Assembly: GCA_021806745.1 (NCBI GenBank)
Contig: JAJZQS010000001.1
Span: 1 to 53,312, forward strand
DNA from: a bacterium
GTDB taxonomy: Bacteria > Elusimicrobiota > Elusimicrobia > UBA1565 > UBA9628
Direction of reading: 5' to 3'
Length of the DNA stretch: 53,312 nucleotides
In this document: in pieces, positions 36,863 through 45,339 of the stretch
Layout: every line of letters starts with the position of its first letter
How positions within the stretch are numbered: the first letter of the stretch is position 1
Position numbers and translations under genes: made by a program
The notes under the pieces: model-generated
What the model saw: only the letters and a program-made list of their open reading frames with translations
What the model was told of the DNA's origin: nothing
Database searches by the model: none

Positions 36863-38502
36863 TCCGAGCCCTCGCGCCGGCGCTTCTTCTGCTCGTCTCA
36901 AGCGCCGCCCGCGCGGCCCGGATCCCGGTTCCCCGCGCGCGCGACCTGACCGACGACGAACTCGTCGGCCAGCTGTTCTTGATCGCCGTCGACACCGACA
37001 TCGCCGCCGCGCGCGAGGCGGACTTTCGCGCCGGACGCGTGGGCGGCGTGCTTCTGCGCTGGGACCGCTTCAGCGCCGACGGCGCGCGCGCGATGGCCGA
37101 ACTCCTGAGGCGCTGGTCCGCCGACGCCCCGCACCGAGTGCCGGTGTGGGTCTCCGTCGATCACGAGGGCGGACCGACCTTCACCCAGCGCGGCTACGGC
37201 GTCGCGCCGTTTCCCGGCAACATGGCGCTGGGGGCCGCGCGCTCGCCCGAGCTTGCCCGCGCGGCCGCGCGCGAGACCGGCCGAGAGCTGAGCGCGCTCG
37301 GCGTCTCCGTGACCTTCGCGCCGGTTCTCGATGTCAACTCCAACCCCGAAAATCCCGTCATCGGCCTGCGTTCGTTCTCGGACGACCCCGCGCTCGTCGC
37401 CGAACTCGGCGCGGCCGCCGTGCGCGGCTACCGCGACGCGGGTGTGCTTGCCGTCGTCAAGCATTTCCCCGGCCACGGCGCCGCCGGCGTCGACTCGCAC
37501 CTGGGACTGCCGGTCGACGCCCGCCCGCTGGCCGAACTCGAACGCGTGGAGCTCAAGCCCTTCCGCGCCGCGATCAAGGCCGGCGCGCAGGCCGTGATGC
37601 CCGCGCACATGGTGTTTCCCGCGCTCGGCTGCGGGCCCGGCCGGCCGGTGACGCTGTCGAGCGCGGCCGTGACGGGTTTTCTGCGCGGACGCATGGGCTT
37701 CCGAGGTCTGATCTTCTCCGACGGGCTGGACATGGGCGCTGTCGCCGGCGTCGAGGGATCCTCGCGCGCGGCGGTGGGCGCGCTCGAAGCCGGCGAAGAC
37801 GTCCTGGTCCTGGGCAAGGCGGATTTTCCCTCGGCCTTCGCCGCCGTGCGCGCGGCGCTGGACGAGGGGCGGCTGACCCGCTCGCGGCTGGAGGCCTCGG
37901 TCGACCGCGTGCTCGCGGCCAAGCGCCGACTCGGTCTGTTCTCGGAGGGTGAGCCGCGCCCGTTGACGCCCGGAGAACTCGCGCGCGGGCGGCAGCTGGC
38001 GCGGCAAGTCGCCGAAGCCTCGGTCACGGTCGTGCGCGCGGGGGGGCTTCTGCCGCTGAAGGCTGGAGTCGGGCGGCTTGGCGTCGTGATTTGCCGCTCT
38101 CCGCGCTATGAAAAGGAAGCCTCGCGGCTCGTCGACGAGCTCCGACGAAGGAGCCCCGAACTGACGGCCGTCGTCCTGCCGACGAACCCGAGCGACGCCG
38201 AGCTCGACGACGCCGCCGCGGGCGTCTCCAACGCCGAGACCGTCATCATCGGCACCTCTCAATTCGGCGGCCCGCTGCCGAGAGGCCAGCGCCGTCTCCT
38301 GCGGCGGCTCATGGATTTGAAAATTCCCGTCGTCGCGCTCAGCTTGATGAATCCGTACGATCTTTCCTTTTCAACCTCGGCGCGCGCGGCCGCGGCGCTC
38401 TACGGCCTGACCGATTCCTCCGTCGACGCGGCCGCGCGCGTCCTCTTCGGCGAAATCCCCGCGCGCGGCCGGCTGCCCGTTCGGCTGCCCCCCTCAAAAT
38501 AG
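36859..38502 (+). CDS. Glycoside hydrolase family 3 beta-N-acetylhexosaminidase (NagZ-like, two-domain)
   Basis: VDHEGG, FAPVLDVNSNPENPVIGLRSFS, KHFPGHG..VDSH, FSDGLDMGA. ATGA overlap with the upstream gene. Confidence 0.88.
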   Translation: MIRALAPALLLLVSSAARAARIPVPRARDLTDDELVGQLFLIAVDTDIAAAREADFRAGRVGGVLLRWDRFSADGARAMAELLRRWSADAPHRVPVWVSVDHEGGPTFTQRGYGVAPFPGNMALGAARSPELARAAARETGRELSALGVSVTFAPVLDVNSNPENPVIGLRSFSDDPALVAELGAAAVRGYRDAGVLAVVKHFPGHGAAGVDSHLGLPVDARPLAELERVELKPFRAAIKAGAQAVMPAHMVFPALGCGPGRPVTLSSAAVTGFLRGRMGFRGLIFSDGLDMGAVAGVEGSSRAAVGALEAGEDVLVLGKADFPSAFAAVRAALDEGRLTRSRLEASVDRVLAAKRRLGLFSEGEPRPLTPGELARGRQLARQVAEASVTVVRAGGLLPLKAGVGRLGVVICRSPRYEKEASRLVDELRRRSPELTAVVLPTNPSDAELDDAAAGVSNAETVIIGTSQFGGPLPRGQRRLLRRLMDLKIPVVALSLMNPYDLSFSTSARAAAALYGLTDSSVDAAARVLFGEIPARGRLPVRLPPSK

Positions 38503-38508
38503 CGGCCC

Positions 38509-38527
38509 GCGGGACCGAAAGTCCCGC
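38509..38527 (+). terminator. Short hairpin after the GH3 gene (GCGGGAC-CGAAA-GTCCCGC), weak terminator candidate
   Basis: 7-bp perfect stem with a 5-nt loop, followed only by TT. It abuts the next promoter. Confidence 0.35.
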
Positions 38528-38555
38528 TTGACATCTGGGTCTTTTGTGCTAGAGT
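38528..38555 (+). promoter_or_regulatory. Canonical promoter TTGACA-16-(TGc)TAGAGT for the C1 peptidase gene
   Basis: TTGACA at 38528-38533 and TAGAGT at 38550-38555. This gives a ~50-nt 5'UTR with SD GGGAGGG (38600-38606) 6 nt before the ATG. Confidence 0.6.
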
Positions 38556-38612
38556 GCGCTTGGGGAACCGCTTCGCGCGAGCGCGGCGGGTAAAAGACAG
38601 GGAGGGTACGAC

Positions 38613-39593
38613 ATGATCGCTCATCGTCTCGTCGTTCTGGCCGCGAGCCTGGGACTTGCGGCCGCAGCGTCCGCCGCGGAAAAGGTGGACTTCGACCAAG
38701 GCGTGCAGGTGCCGCAATCGGTTCAGGCGGTTCCGGCGCCGTCCGCGGCCCCGGCCGGCGTCAAGACCTACACGGTTTCTCACGCCGCCGTCACGCACGC
38801 GAAAGGCTTCAAGCCTCATAAGGGCGGCGTGCGCGACTACAAGAAGGTCGGCGACTTCCACATGAGCCAGGCCATTCCCGACAAGATGGACCTGCGCTCG
38901 CAGTTGACCCCGATCGAAAACCAGGGCCAGTGCGGAGACTGCTGGGCGTTCAGCCTGACCGCGACCAACCGCGACGGCCACGCCATCCTGGGCGAGGATC
39001 CGGGCCGCCTGTCGCAGGAGTGGCTGACCGACACCGATCCGAACTACGCCACCCAGCCTCCGGCCTACGGCTGCAACGGCGGAGACTTCGACGCGGCCAA
39101 CGACCTGCTCAAGGGTCAACCGTCGTGGAATTCCTGCCCGTACACGGCCGGCGCCAACGGCACGGTCGCAAATCCTTGCTCGGTGAACCTGCCTCGGGCG
39201 GCGAACTCGTCGATCAAGGGCTGGCACATGCTCGGCGATCCCAACAACGGTCCGAGCGTCATGGACATCGAGGCCCAGATCACCCGCTCGGGACAGCCGA
39301 TCTCGATCGCGCTCGCGGCCGGCGCCGGAGACTGGGAGAACTACTCGGGCGGCATCTACAACGGCTGCACCGACGGCCCGCTCGATCACATGATCAACAT
39401 CGTCGGCTGGGACAACGAGGGCGCGCAGTTCGACGCCAACGGCAACCTGCCGCCGGGCAAGGGCGTGTGGATCCTGCGCAACAGCTGGGGCACCTCGTGG
39501 GGCGAGAACGGCTACATGCGCACGCGCATGACCGACGCCAACGGCGTGCGCTGCAACGAGGTCGCGGAGCAGGCCGCCTACTTCGACTTCTAG
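38613..39593 (+). CDS. Secreted papain-family (C1) cysteine peptidase
   Basis: Signal peptide. The papain catalytic residues are present: NQGQCGDCWAFS (Gln/Cys), LDHMINIVGWD (His), ILRNSWGTSWGENGYMR (Asn/Trp). Confidence 0.88.
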   Translation: MIAHRLVVLAASLGLAAAASAAEKVDFDQGVQVPQSVQAVPAPSAAPAGVKTYTVSHAAVTHAKGFKPHKGGVRDYKKVGDFHMSQAIPDKMDLRSQLTPIENQGQCGDCWAFSLTATNRDGHAILGEDPGRLSQEWLTDTDPNYATQPPAYGCNGGDFDAANDLLKGQPSWNSCPYTAGANGTVANPCSVNLPRAANSSIKGWHMLGDPNNGPSVMDIEAQITRSGQPISIALAAGAGDWENYSGGIYNGCTDGPLDHMINIVGWDNEGAQFDANGNLPPGKGVWILRNSWGTSWGENGYMRTRMTDANGVRCNEVAEQAAYFDF

Positions 39594-39611
39594 GACGCGG
39601 ACGGTCCGGAC

Positions 39612-39650
39612 GGCGCGGCGCGGAAGATTTTTTCCGCGCCGCGCCTTTTT
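39612..39650 (+). terminator. Strong Rho-independent terminator shared by convergent genes
   Basis: GGCGCGGCGCGGAA-loop-TTCCGCGCCGCGCC (14-bp perfect stem, 39612-39645), followed by TTTTTATT. The T-tract overlaps the TAA stop (39649-39651) of the minus-strand symporter gene. Confidence 0.8.
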
Positions 39651-41160
39651 ATTGCTCTCGGCTCAGGCGACGGCCCAGAAGAAACGCCGCGGCCGCGCCC
39701 AGCGGCGCAAGCCACCCCCACCCCGCCGCCCAGGCGGTTTTCCCGGCCCACAGCACGAGCGCGCCGTTGAACGCGGCGGCCGCGCCCGCCGCCGCCGCGG
39801 CCGCGCCGTCCGACTTCTCGCGCGTGAACACGCCCAGCAGGAAAACGCCCAGCAGCGGGCCGTAGACGACCGCGCCCAAACGCAGCGCCGCGTCCGAGCC
39901 CGACGGCCAGCGCGCGAACAGCAACGCCAGCGCCGCCGACGCCGCCGCGAACGCGAGGGCGGCTCGCCGCGCGTCGGCCAGGCGCTCCTCCTCGCTCGGG
40001 CCGTAGCCGAACGCCGGGGGCGGCGCGTCCCATGCGAAGACCGCGCTCATCGAAGCCAGCGGCAAGTCCGCCGCGCCCAGAGCCAGCACCCCCAGCGCCG
40101 CGCCGCGCCAGGCGCGCGGCATCACCGCGGCCACGAAATGGGGGTAGATTTGGTCCAGCGACCCGGGCAGCGCCAGCCCCGGGTTCTGCTTGTAGTACAC
40201 GAACATCAGAGTTCCCACGCCCAGCAGCGCCGCCGACGCCGCCAGCGCCGCGCCCGTCTCCCACAGCAGCGTCCGCCGCGCGGACTTGAGGTCCGGCGCG
40301 CACAGGAGCTTTTGCGCCGATTCATAATCGACGCCGAGCCAGCCCGCGGCGCCGAAAAATCCGTCGATGACGGCGACCCACAGCAGTCGAGGATCGAGCG
40401 CCGCCCGCGTCCAGCCGCCGCGGCCGGGCTCGCTCGCCCGCCAAAGCCTGAGCTTGCCCGCCTCCGCCGCCGCGCTCCACGCGCCGCCCAGCCCTCCGTC
40501 GACGTGGCGGACGATGAACGCCGCCGTCGCCGCGGCGAAAATCAGCACCGCGGCCGCCTTGAACGCGCCCAGCCAGGCGGCCGAGCGCACCCCGCCGCGG
40601 CCCAGCGCCGCGGCCGACACCGCCGCCAGAAGGAGGATCGTCGGCGTCGCGCTCCAGCCGAGCAAGGCCCCGGCCGCCGAGGCCGCGATCAGCAGGCGCG
40701 CCGCCGCGCCCGCCCCCCGTGCCAGCAGGAACAGGCCCGCGCCCGCGCTCCGAGCTCGGGGACCGAAGCGGCGGCCGAGGTAGGCATACATCGTCGCGCC
40801 CTCTCCGTCTCGGAAATACGCCGGCAAAAGGCGCGCGGCGAGGAAAAAACGCCCCAGCAGCGAGCCCAGGAAGAACTGCAGATAGGTCCAGTCGCCGCGA
40901 AAGGCCAGAGCCGGGAAACCCACCAGGGCGGCGGCGCTGAGTTCCGAAGACAGCAAAGCCGCCGCCAGAACGGGCTCGGGCAGGCGGGCGCGGCGGTAAT
41001 CGGCAGGCGTGGTCTTCGCGCGCGCGGCGCGGCGACCGATCCAGACGGCCGCCGACAGAAGCGCCGCGAAGACCAGCCAATCCGCTGCGGACAGCGGCGA
41101 GCCGCCGGGAAACCAAGCCGCGAGCAGGGATCGCACGAGGCCCGATGATGCCTTATCCAC
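39649..41160 (-). CDS. Sodium:solute symporter family transporter
   Basis: ~13 TM segments. SSF-like N-terminus LSAADWLVFAALL..VWIGRRAAR.KTTPADY. The listed ATG (41199) lies upstream of the AT-rich -10 region, so GTG 41160 (or 41136) is preferred. Confidence 0.6.
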   Translation of the reverse strand: MDKASSGLVRSLLAAWFPGGSPLSAADWLVFAALLSAAVWIGRRAARAKTTPADYRRARLPEPVLAAALLSSELSAAALVGFPALAFRGDWTYLQFFLGSLLGRFFLAARLLPAYFRDGEGATMYAYLGRRFGPRARSAGAGLFLLARGAGAAARLLIAASAAGALLGWSATPTILLLAAVSAAALGRGGVRSAAWLGAFKAAAVLIFAAATAAFIVRHVDGGLGGAWSAAAEAGKLRLWRASEPGRGGWTRAALDPRLLWVAVIDGFFGAAGWLGVDYESAQKLLCAPDLKSARRTLLWETGAALAASAALLGVGTLMFVYYKQNPGLALPGSLDQIYPHFVAAVMPRAWRGAALGVLALGAADLPLASMSAVFAWDAPPPAFGYGPSEEERLADARRAALAFAAASAALALLFARWPSGSDAALRLGAVVYGPLLGVFLLGVFTREKSDGAAAAAAGAAAAFNGALVLWAGKTAWAAGWGWLAPLGAAAAFLLGRRLSREQ

Positions 41161-41209
41161 CCGTGGAACGGCAATATTTATATAATCGCGCCGTCGCACA
41201 CTCCCGACG

Positions 41210-43276
41210 ATGACCGCCCACGCGCTGGCGCTTTTGCTCCTCCTCCCGCCCGCGCTTGGCGCGCAAGGCGGCCCCGCCTACGACGCCAACGCCGCCCCGC
41301 TCGACGCGCTGTCTCGGGACCTGCTGACCTCCGGCGGCTACGACCTGCGCCCCGACGGCAAGGTCTGGGACGACGTCGCCGACCAGCCGGTCTCCTCGTC
41401 CGACATGCCCGAACTGCTCACCCGCCTGGCCGGGGCGCGACGCCTGAAGACGCTCATCCAGCTCGACCAGATATTCACCCGCTACGACAACCCCCGCGAT
41501 CTCAGCGACGACGACCGCCAAGCCGTGCGCCGCCTCGCGCGCGACGCGTGGGCGGTGTTCTCTCTCAGCCAGCGCAACGACTACCGCTCCTATTTCACGC
41601 CTCAGGAACTGGAAACCCTGGATCAAATCCCCGTCTATTCCGCGCCGGGCCTGCCGGACCTGCCCGAGCCCGGAGTCTCGATCACCGCCGCGCCGCCCGC
41701 GGCTTCCACCGCCGCCGTCGTTTCCACCGCCACCACCGCCGTTTCCCTCGCCACTGCGCCCGCCTCCGTCGCCGCTGCGCCCGTTTCCGCCGCCGCCGCG
41801 CCCGTGTCCGTCACCGCCGCGCCACCCATCGCCTCGGCCTCGCCGCCCGCCGCCTCAGCCGCCGCGGCGGCGCTGTCCGCGGCCAAGGCGGCGGCCTCCG
41901 CCGTGCGCCCGGCGCTCGTCGCCGCCCCCCCTCCCGCCGCGGCGGCTCGCGTGCAGCCCACTTCGAAGGTCGTCTTTCTGCCGTTCACCGTTCCCAGCGG
42001 CTCGACATCCACCGCCGTCGCCCCGAAAGTCGTCATCGCCAACCCAGGCTCCATCAAGGCGTGGACCGCGCCCGCGCGCTCGACCGCCGCGGTCCACGTC
42101 GCCGTCTCCTCGTCGGCCGCGGCGGTGGCCGTCTCCTCGACTCCTGCGCCCGCCGCCGCGCCGCCGCCCCCCCCGCCGCCGGCGACGGTCACCGCAAACG
42201 ACTACGACAAGTTCGTCGCCGACGGTCCCTACTCGCGCGACGCCAAGGACCTCCTGTCGCTCGTCGGCAAGCGCGCGCCGGACTTCTGCCTGCCCCTGCT
42301 GCGCCGCACGGTGGTCTCTTCGATGGTTCAAGTCGTCATCGACGGACGCCACCTCGGCTCCTCGCTGCGCGCCGCCGCGGTTCCCGCCGCGGATCCCTCC
42401 GCGCCGCCGATGATCGCGCTCAGCCCCGGCCCGGTGTTCGTGGAGAGGCGTAGCGGCTTTTTTTCTCCTCGGCATGCCTTGCTGCTGCCCGAGTCCGCGC
42501 AGGCGTGGCGCGAGCTCGGCGTTCCTCCGCCCGCGCTCGATGCGCTCATGGCCTCCCCGCCCGACGCCGCCACCGTCGCGGGCCGATGGGGAACCACTCG
42601 CGTCTATCCCGATGGAAGCCGGCGCGGAACCTACAGCCCGCAGGAGCAGGCCGGGGAACTCCTGGAGCAGCTCCTCTTGCTGGGGCTGCGCCGCGAAGGC
42701 TTCGCCGCCTCCGACTACGCCGCGCGGCGCTGGGCGCGCACGGCCAAGCTGATGTTCTGGACGAGCTTGAAAAACGACTTCGGCGACGCGTTCCTGGACC
42801 CGGACCGGCGCGCCGAACTCGACGACTGGCTCAAGCATCCCGCCGAACTCGACGACATCCTCGTCGCCGGCTGGGCCTCCGCGCGCGAGCCCGTGCTCGA
42901 CGCGCGCCGCGGCCCGCCGGACGCGGAACGCGATTTCGACCAAAAAGCGCGCTTGACCTGCGTGCGCTCGCGCCTGCGCGATCTGCTGGCGGAACTGGCG
43001 CGCGCGCGCGCGCGCCGCGTCGGCCTGCTGGAAGAGCTCGTCGACGCGGGGCTGGTTTCGTCGTCCGCGGCCAATTCCGCGGACCAATCCGCGTCCGACG
43101 CCGAGGCCTCCGCGGGCCGCGCGTTGATCGCCCGCCCGCCCGCGTGCCCGCCGCGCGACCCCTCGCGCGTCGATGCGTTGCGCAAATCCGCCAAACTCCT
43201 GGCCGAGGCCGCGCGCGCCGAGGGCGACCTGCGCGACAATCTGGCCGCGCAAGGAGACGACCATGGGCCGCGTTGA
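41210..43276 (+). CDS. Large secreted hypothetical protein: N-domain, Ala/Pro/Ser/Val-rich linker, ~370-aa C-domain
   Basis: Signal peptide MTAHALALLLLLPPALGAQG. TATAAT (41181-41186) lies 23 nt upstream. No recognisable catalytic motif. Confidence 0.6.
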   Translation: MTAHALALLLLLPPALGAQGGPAYDANAAPLDALSRDLLTSGGYDLRPDGKVWDDVADQPVSSSDMPELLTRLAGARRLKTLIQLDQIFTRYDNPRDLSDDDRQAVRRLARDAWAVFSLSQRNDYRSYFTPQELETLDQIPVYSAPGLPDLPEPGVSITAAPPAASTAAVVSTATTAVSLATAPASVAAAPVSAAAAPVSVTAAPPIASASPPAASAAAAALSAAKAAASAVRPALVAAPPPAAAARVQPTSKVVFLPFTVPSGSTSTAVAPKVVIANPGSIKAWTAPARSTAAVHVAVSSSAAAVAVSSTPAPAAAPPPPPPPATVTANDYDKFVADGPYSRDAKDLLSLVGKRAPDFCLPLLRRTVVSSMVQVVIDGRHLGSSLRAAAVPAADPSAPPMIALSPGPVFVERRSGFFSPRHALLLPESAQAWRELGVPPPALDALMASPPDAATVAGRWGTTRVYPDGSRRGTYSPQEQAGELLEQLLLLGLRREGFAASDYAARRWARTAKLMFWTSLKNDFGDAFLDPDRRAELDDWLKHPAELDDILVAGWASAREPVLDARRGPPDAERDFDQKARLTCVRSRLRDLLAELARARARRVGLLEELVDAGLVSSSAANSADQSASDAEASAGRALIARPPACPPRDPSRVDALRKSAKLLAEAARAEGDLRDNLAAQGDDHGPR
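41750..41833 (+). repeat. Four imperfect in-frame 21-bp tandem repeats encoding the heptads ATAPASV/AAAPVSA/AAAPVSV/TAAPPIA
   Basis: Units run 41750-41770, 41771-41791, 41792-41812 and 41813-41833. All follow the pattern GCCRCYGCGCC(C/A)... Confidence 0.6.
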
Positions 43277-43889
43277 GCTCCTGGCCGCCGCGCTGTTGGC
43301 CGCCGCCTCGGCGTCCTCCCGCGCCGAGGACTGGCTCGACTACGCCGTGAGGGCCGCCGACGCCGCTTCGATCGCATCCGAGCCCCCGTCCTCGAGACCG
43401 AGGGCGGCGTGGACGCCCGTGGAATTTTCCGAGTTCCAATCCGTGCTGCCCTCGACGGGCTGGTACGCCTACGAGGAAGACGACGCCTTGGGCACCGTCG
43501 TGCGCGCCTTCGGGCCGGACTCCTCGTCGGGCTCCCTGCGCGCCATGCTGTCGGTGCGCCTGATCGACCACTCCACGCCCGGCTACCGCGACGCGAAAAC
43601 CGCCGTCGACGAGATGCGCCGCGACGCGCCCGGGCGCGACCCGACGCCGGTTCGCGCCATCCGCGTGGCCGCGGGCCTGGCGCGCGTGTTCGAGGTGACG
43701 CTGACGCGCCGCGAGGCCGCCGACGACGGCCCCGCGATCCCCGAGAGCCTCCACGAATACGTCGCCGTCATCCCGCGCGGCGAGTCCTACTACCTGCTTC
43801 GCTTTGTCAGCACGCGCCGCAGCTATCTGGATTCACGCGACGTGTTCGTGCGCTTCCTGAAGGAACTGTCGCCCCTGGGCTCGCGCTAG
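43263..43889 (+). CDS. Secreted hypothetical protein (208 aa)
   Basis: Signal peptide MGRVELLAAALLAAASASSRA. It overlaps the upstream gene by 14 nt. GC3-rich frame. No recognised domain. Confidence 0.55.
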   Translation: MGRVELLAAALLAAASASSRAEDWLDYAVRAADAASIASEPPSSRPRAAWTPVEFSEFQSVLPSTGWYAYEEDDALGTVVRAFGPDSSSGSLRAMLSVRLIDHSTPGYRDAKTAVDEMRRDAPGRDPTPVRAIRVAAGLARVFEVTLTRREAADDGPAIPESLHEYVAVIPRGESYYLLRFVSTRRSYLDSRDVFVRFLKELSPLGSR

Positions 43890-44644
43890 GCCAAGCGCTC
43901 GCAGAGGAAATCCGCCGCCAACCGCGCCAGGCGCGGCCGGCATTCCAGGAAGTCGTGGCCCGCGCCGCGCAGCAGGCGCAGCCGCACCGGCCCCGCGGCC
44001 CTGCGCGCCAAGCACCGGGACACCGAGGGAGGCACGACCTCGTCGTCTTGGCCGTGGACGAGCAGCAACGGCGCGCGCGAGGACGCGACCGCGCGCGCGG
44101 GATCGAAACGAAACAGGGCTCGACGGAAGTCCTCGCGCAACACGGCCGCGGGCGGAGCGTTCAGCGGACGGCTCAGGCGCGCGAGAAACGCGCGCGTTCC
44201 GGCGTCCGCGCACTCCGGACCGCCCATCGGCGACACCGCGACCACCGCCCGAAGCCCGGGCTCGCGCGCGGCCAGGTTCAGCGCCGTCCAGCCGCCCATG
44301 CTGAAGCCGTAGACGGCGAGCCTGCGCGCGTCGACGAACTCCAGGCGCCGAGCCGCGCGCAGAGCGGCGCGCGCCTGCGCGGTCAGCGTCGAGAAGCGAT
44401 ACAGGCCGCCGCTGCCCCACGCTCCCAGGAAATGCGGCGCCACGGACGCGACGCCGCGCGCCATCAGCTCGCGCTGCACGTCGACGCTCTTTTCCGCGCC
44501 GGGAAACCCATGCAGAAACAGCACCGCCGGGAAACGCCGTCCCGCCGGCCCGGCCGGACGATGATAGCCGGCCAACATCCGCGAGCCGCCCGTTCGCCAA
44601 ACCAAGGTACCCGCGTGCGCACGCATGGCCGGATTGTAGCTCAT
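43886..44644 (-). CDS. Alpha/beta hydrolase (dienelactone hydrolase / S9-like)
   Basis: VLFLHGFPG, nucleophile elbow YGFSMGGW, LLLVHGQDDEVV, GAGHDF. Confidence 0.8.
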   Translation of the reverse strand: MSYNPAMRAHAGTLVWRTGGSRMLAGYHRPAGPAGRRFPAVLFLHGFPGAEKSVDVQRELMARGVASVAPHFLGAWGSGGLYRFSTLTAQARAALRAARRLEFVDARRLAVYGFSMGGWTALNLAAREPGLRAVVAVSPMGGPECADAGTRAFLARLSRPLNAPPAAVLREDFRRALFRFDPARAVASSRAPLLLVHGQDDEVVPPSVSRCLARRAAGPVRLRLLRGAGHDFLECRPRLARLAADFLCERLA

Positions 44645-44661
44645 CGGCTATAATCTCCGCC
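44645..44661. promoter_or_regulatory. 17-bp divergent intergenic region with overlapping face-to-face -10 elements
   Basis: On the plus strand TATAAT (44649-44654) lies 7 nt before the udk GTG. On the minus strand GATTAT (44655..44650) lies 5 nt before the hydrolase ATG. Confidence 0.5.
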
Positions 44662-45339
44662 GTGAGCTCCGCGCCCGCCCCGCGTCGGCCGCCCGTCTTG
44701 CTCGGCATCGCCGGGGGGTCGGGGTCGGGCAAGTCGTGGCTTGCGCACCGCGTCGTCGAGGCGTTCCGCGGCCGCGCGGCCATCGTCTGCCACGACTGGT
44801 ACTACAAGCACAACGCCGGGCTCTCGCCCGAGGAGTCGCTCAAGCTCAACTTCGACCACCCGTCGGCGCTGGAGTCTTCGCTGCTCGGCCGGCATCTGGA
44901 CCGCCTGGCTTCGGGAGAGGCGGTGGACGCCCCGGTCTACGACTACGCGACGCACGCGCGCCTGCCCCAAACGCGGCGAGTCGAGCCGCGCGAACTGATC
45001 GTTCTCGACGGCATCCTGATCCTAGGCGAGAAGGCCCTGCGCGAGCGGCTGACGGTGTCGGTGTTCATCGAGGTGCCCGACGACATCCGCCTGTCGCGCC
45101 GCGTGCGCCGCGACTGCCGGGAGCGCCGCGTGGACCTGGAGGAGACCCTGCGCCTCTACGAGGAATTCGTGCGCCCGATGCATCGCCGCTACGTGGCACC
45201 CTCCGCCAAGCACGCCACCTGGATCTGGAGCCAGCTCGACGACAAGCGCTTCCCGGACCTGCTCATCCGCGACCTTGAGCGGCGCTTGAGCGCCGCTCAA
45301 GCGCCCGACAGCTCGGCGGCCAGCGCCTCCATCCCGTAG
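44662..45339 (+). CDS. udk: Uridine kinase
   Basis: P-loop GIAGGSGSGKS, NFDHPSA, VLDGILIL, RRVRRD. Confidence 0.9.
   Translation: MSSAPAPRRPPVLLGIAGGSGSGKSWLAHRVVEAFRGRAAIVCHDWYYKHNAGLSPEESLKLNFDHPSALESSLLGRHLDRLASGEAVDAPVYDYATHARLPQTRRVEPRELIVLDGILILGEKALRERLTVSVFIEVPDDIRLSRRVRRDCRERRVDLEETLRLYEEFVRPMHRRYVAPSAKHATWIWSQLDDKRFPDLLIRDLERRLSAAQAPDSSAASASIP

Noticed and set aside
41640-42200. GC-rich repetitive DNA that could be mistaken for a CRISPR array or intergenic tandem repeat
   Set aside because: The repeats are short (21 bp), contiguous without spacers, imperfect, and in frame within a long GC3-rich ORF. They encode an Ala/Pro/Ser/Val linker.
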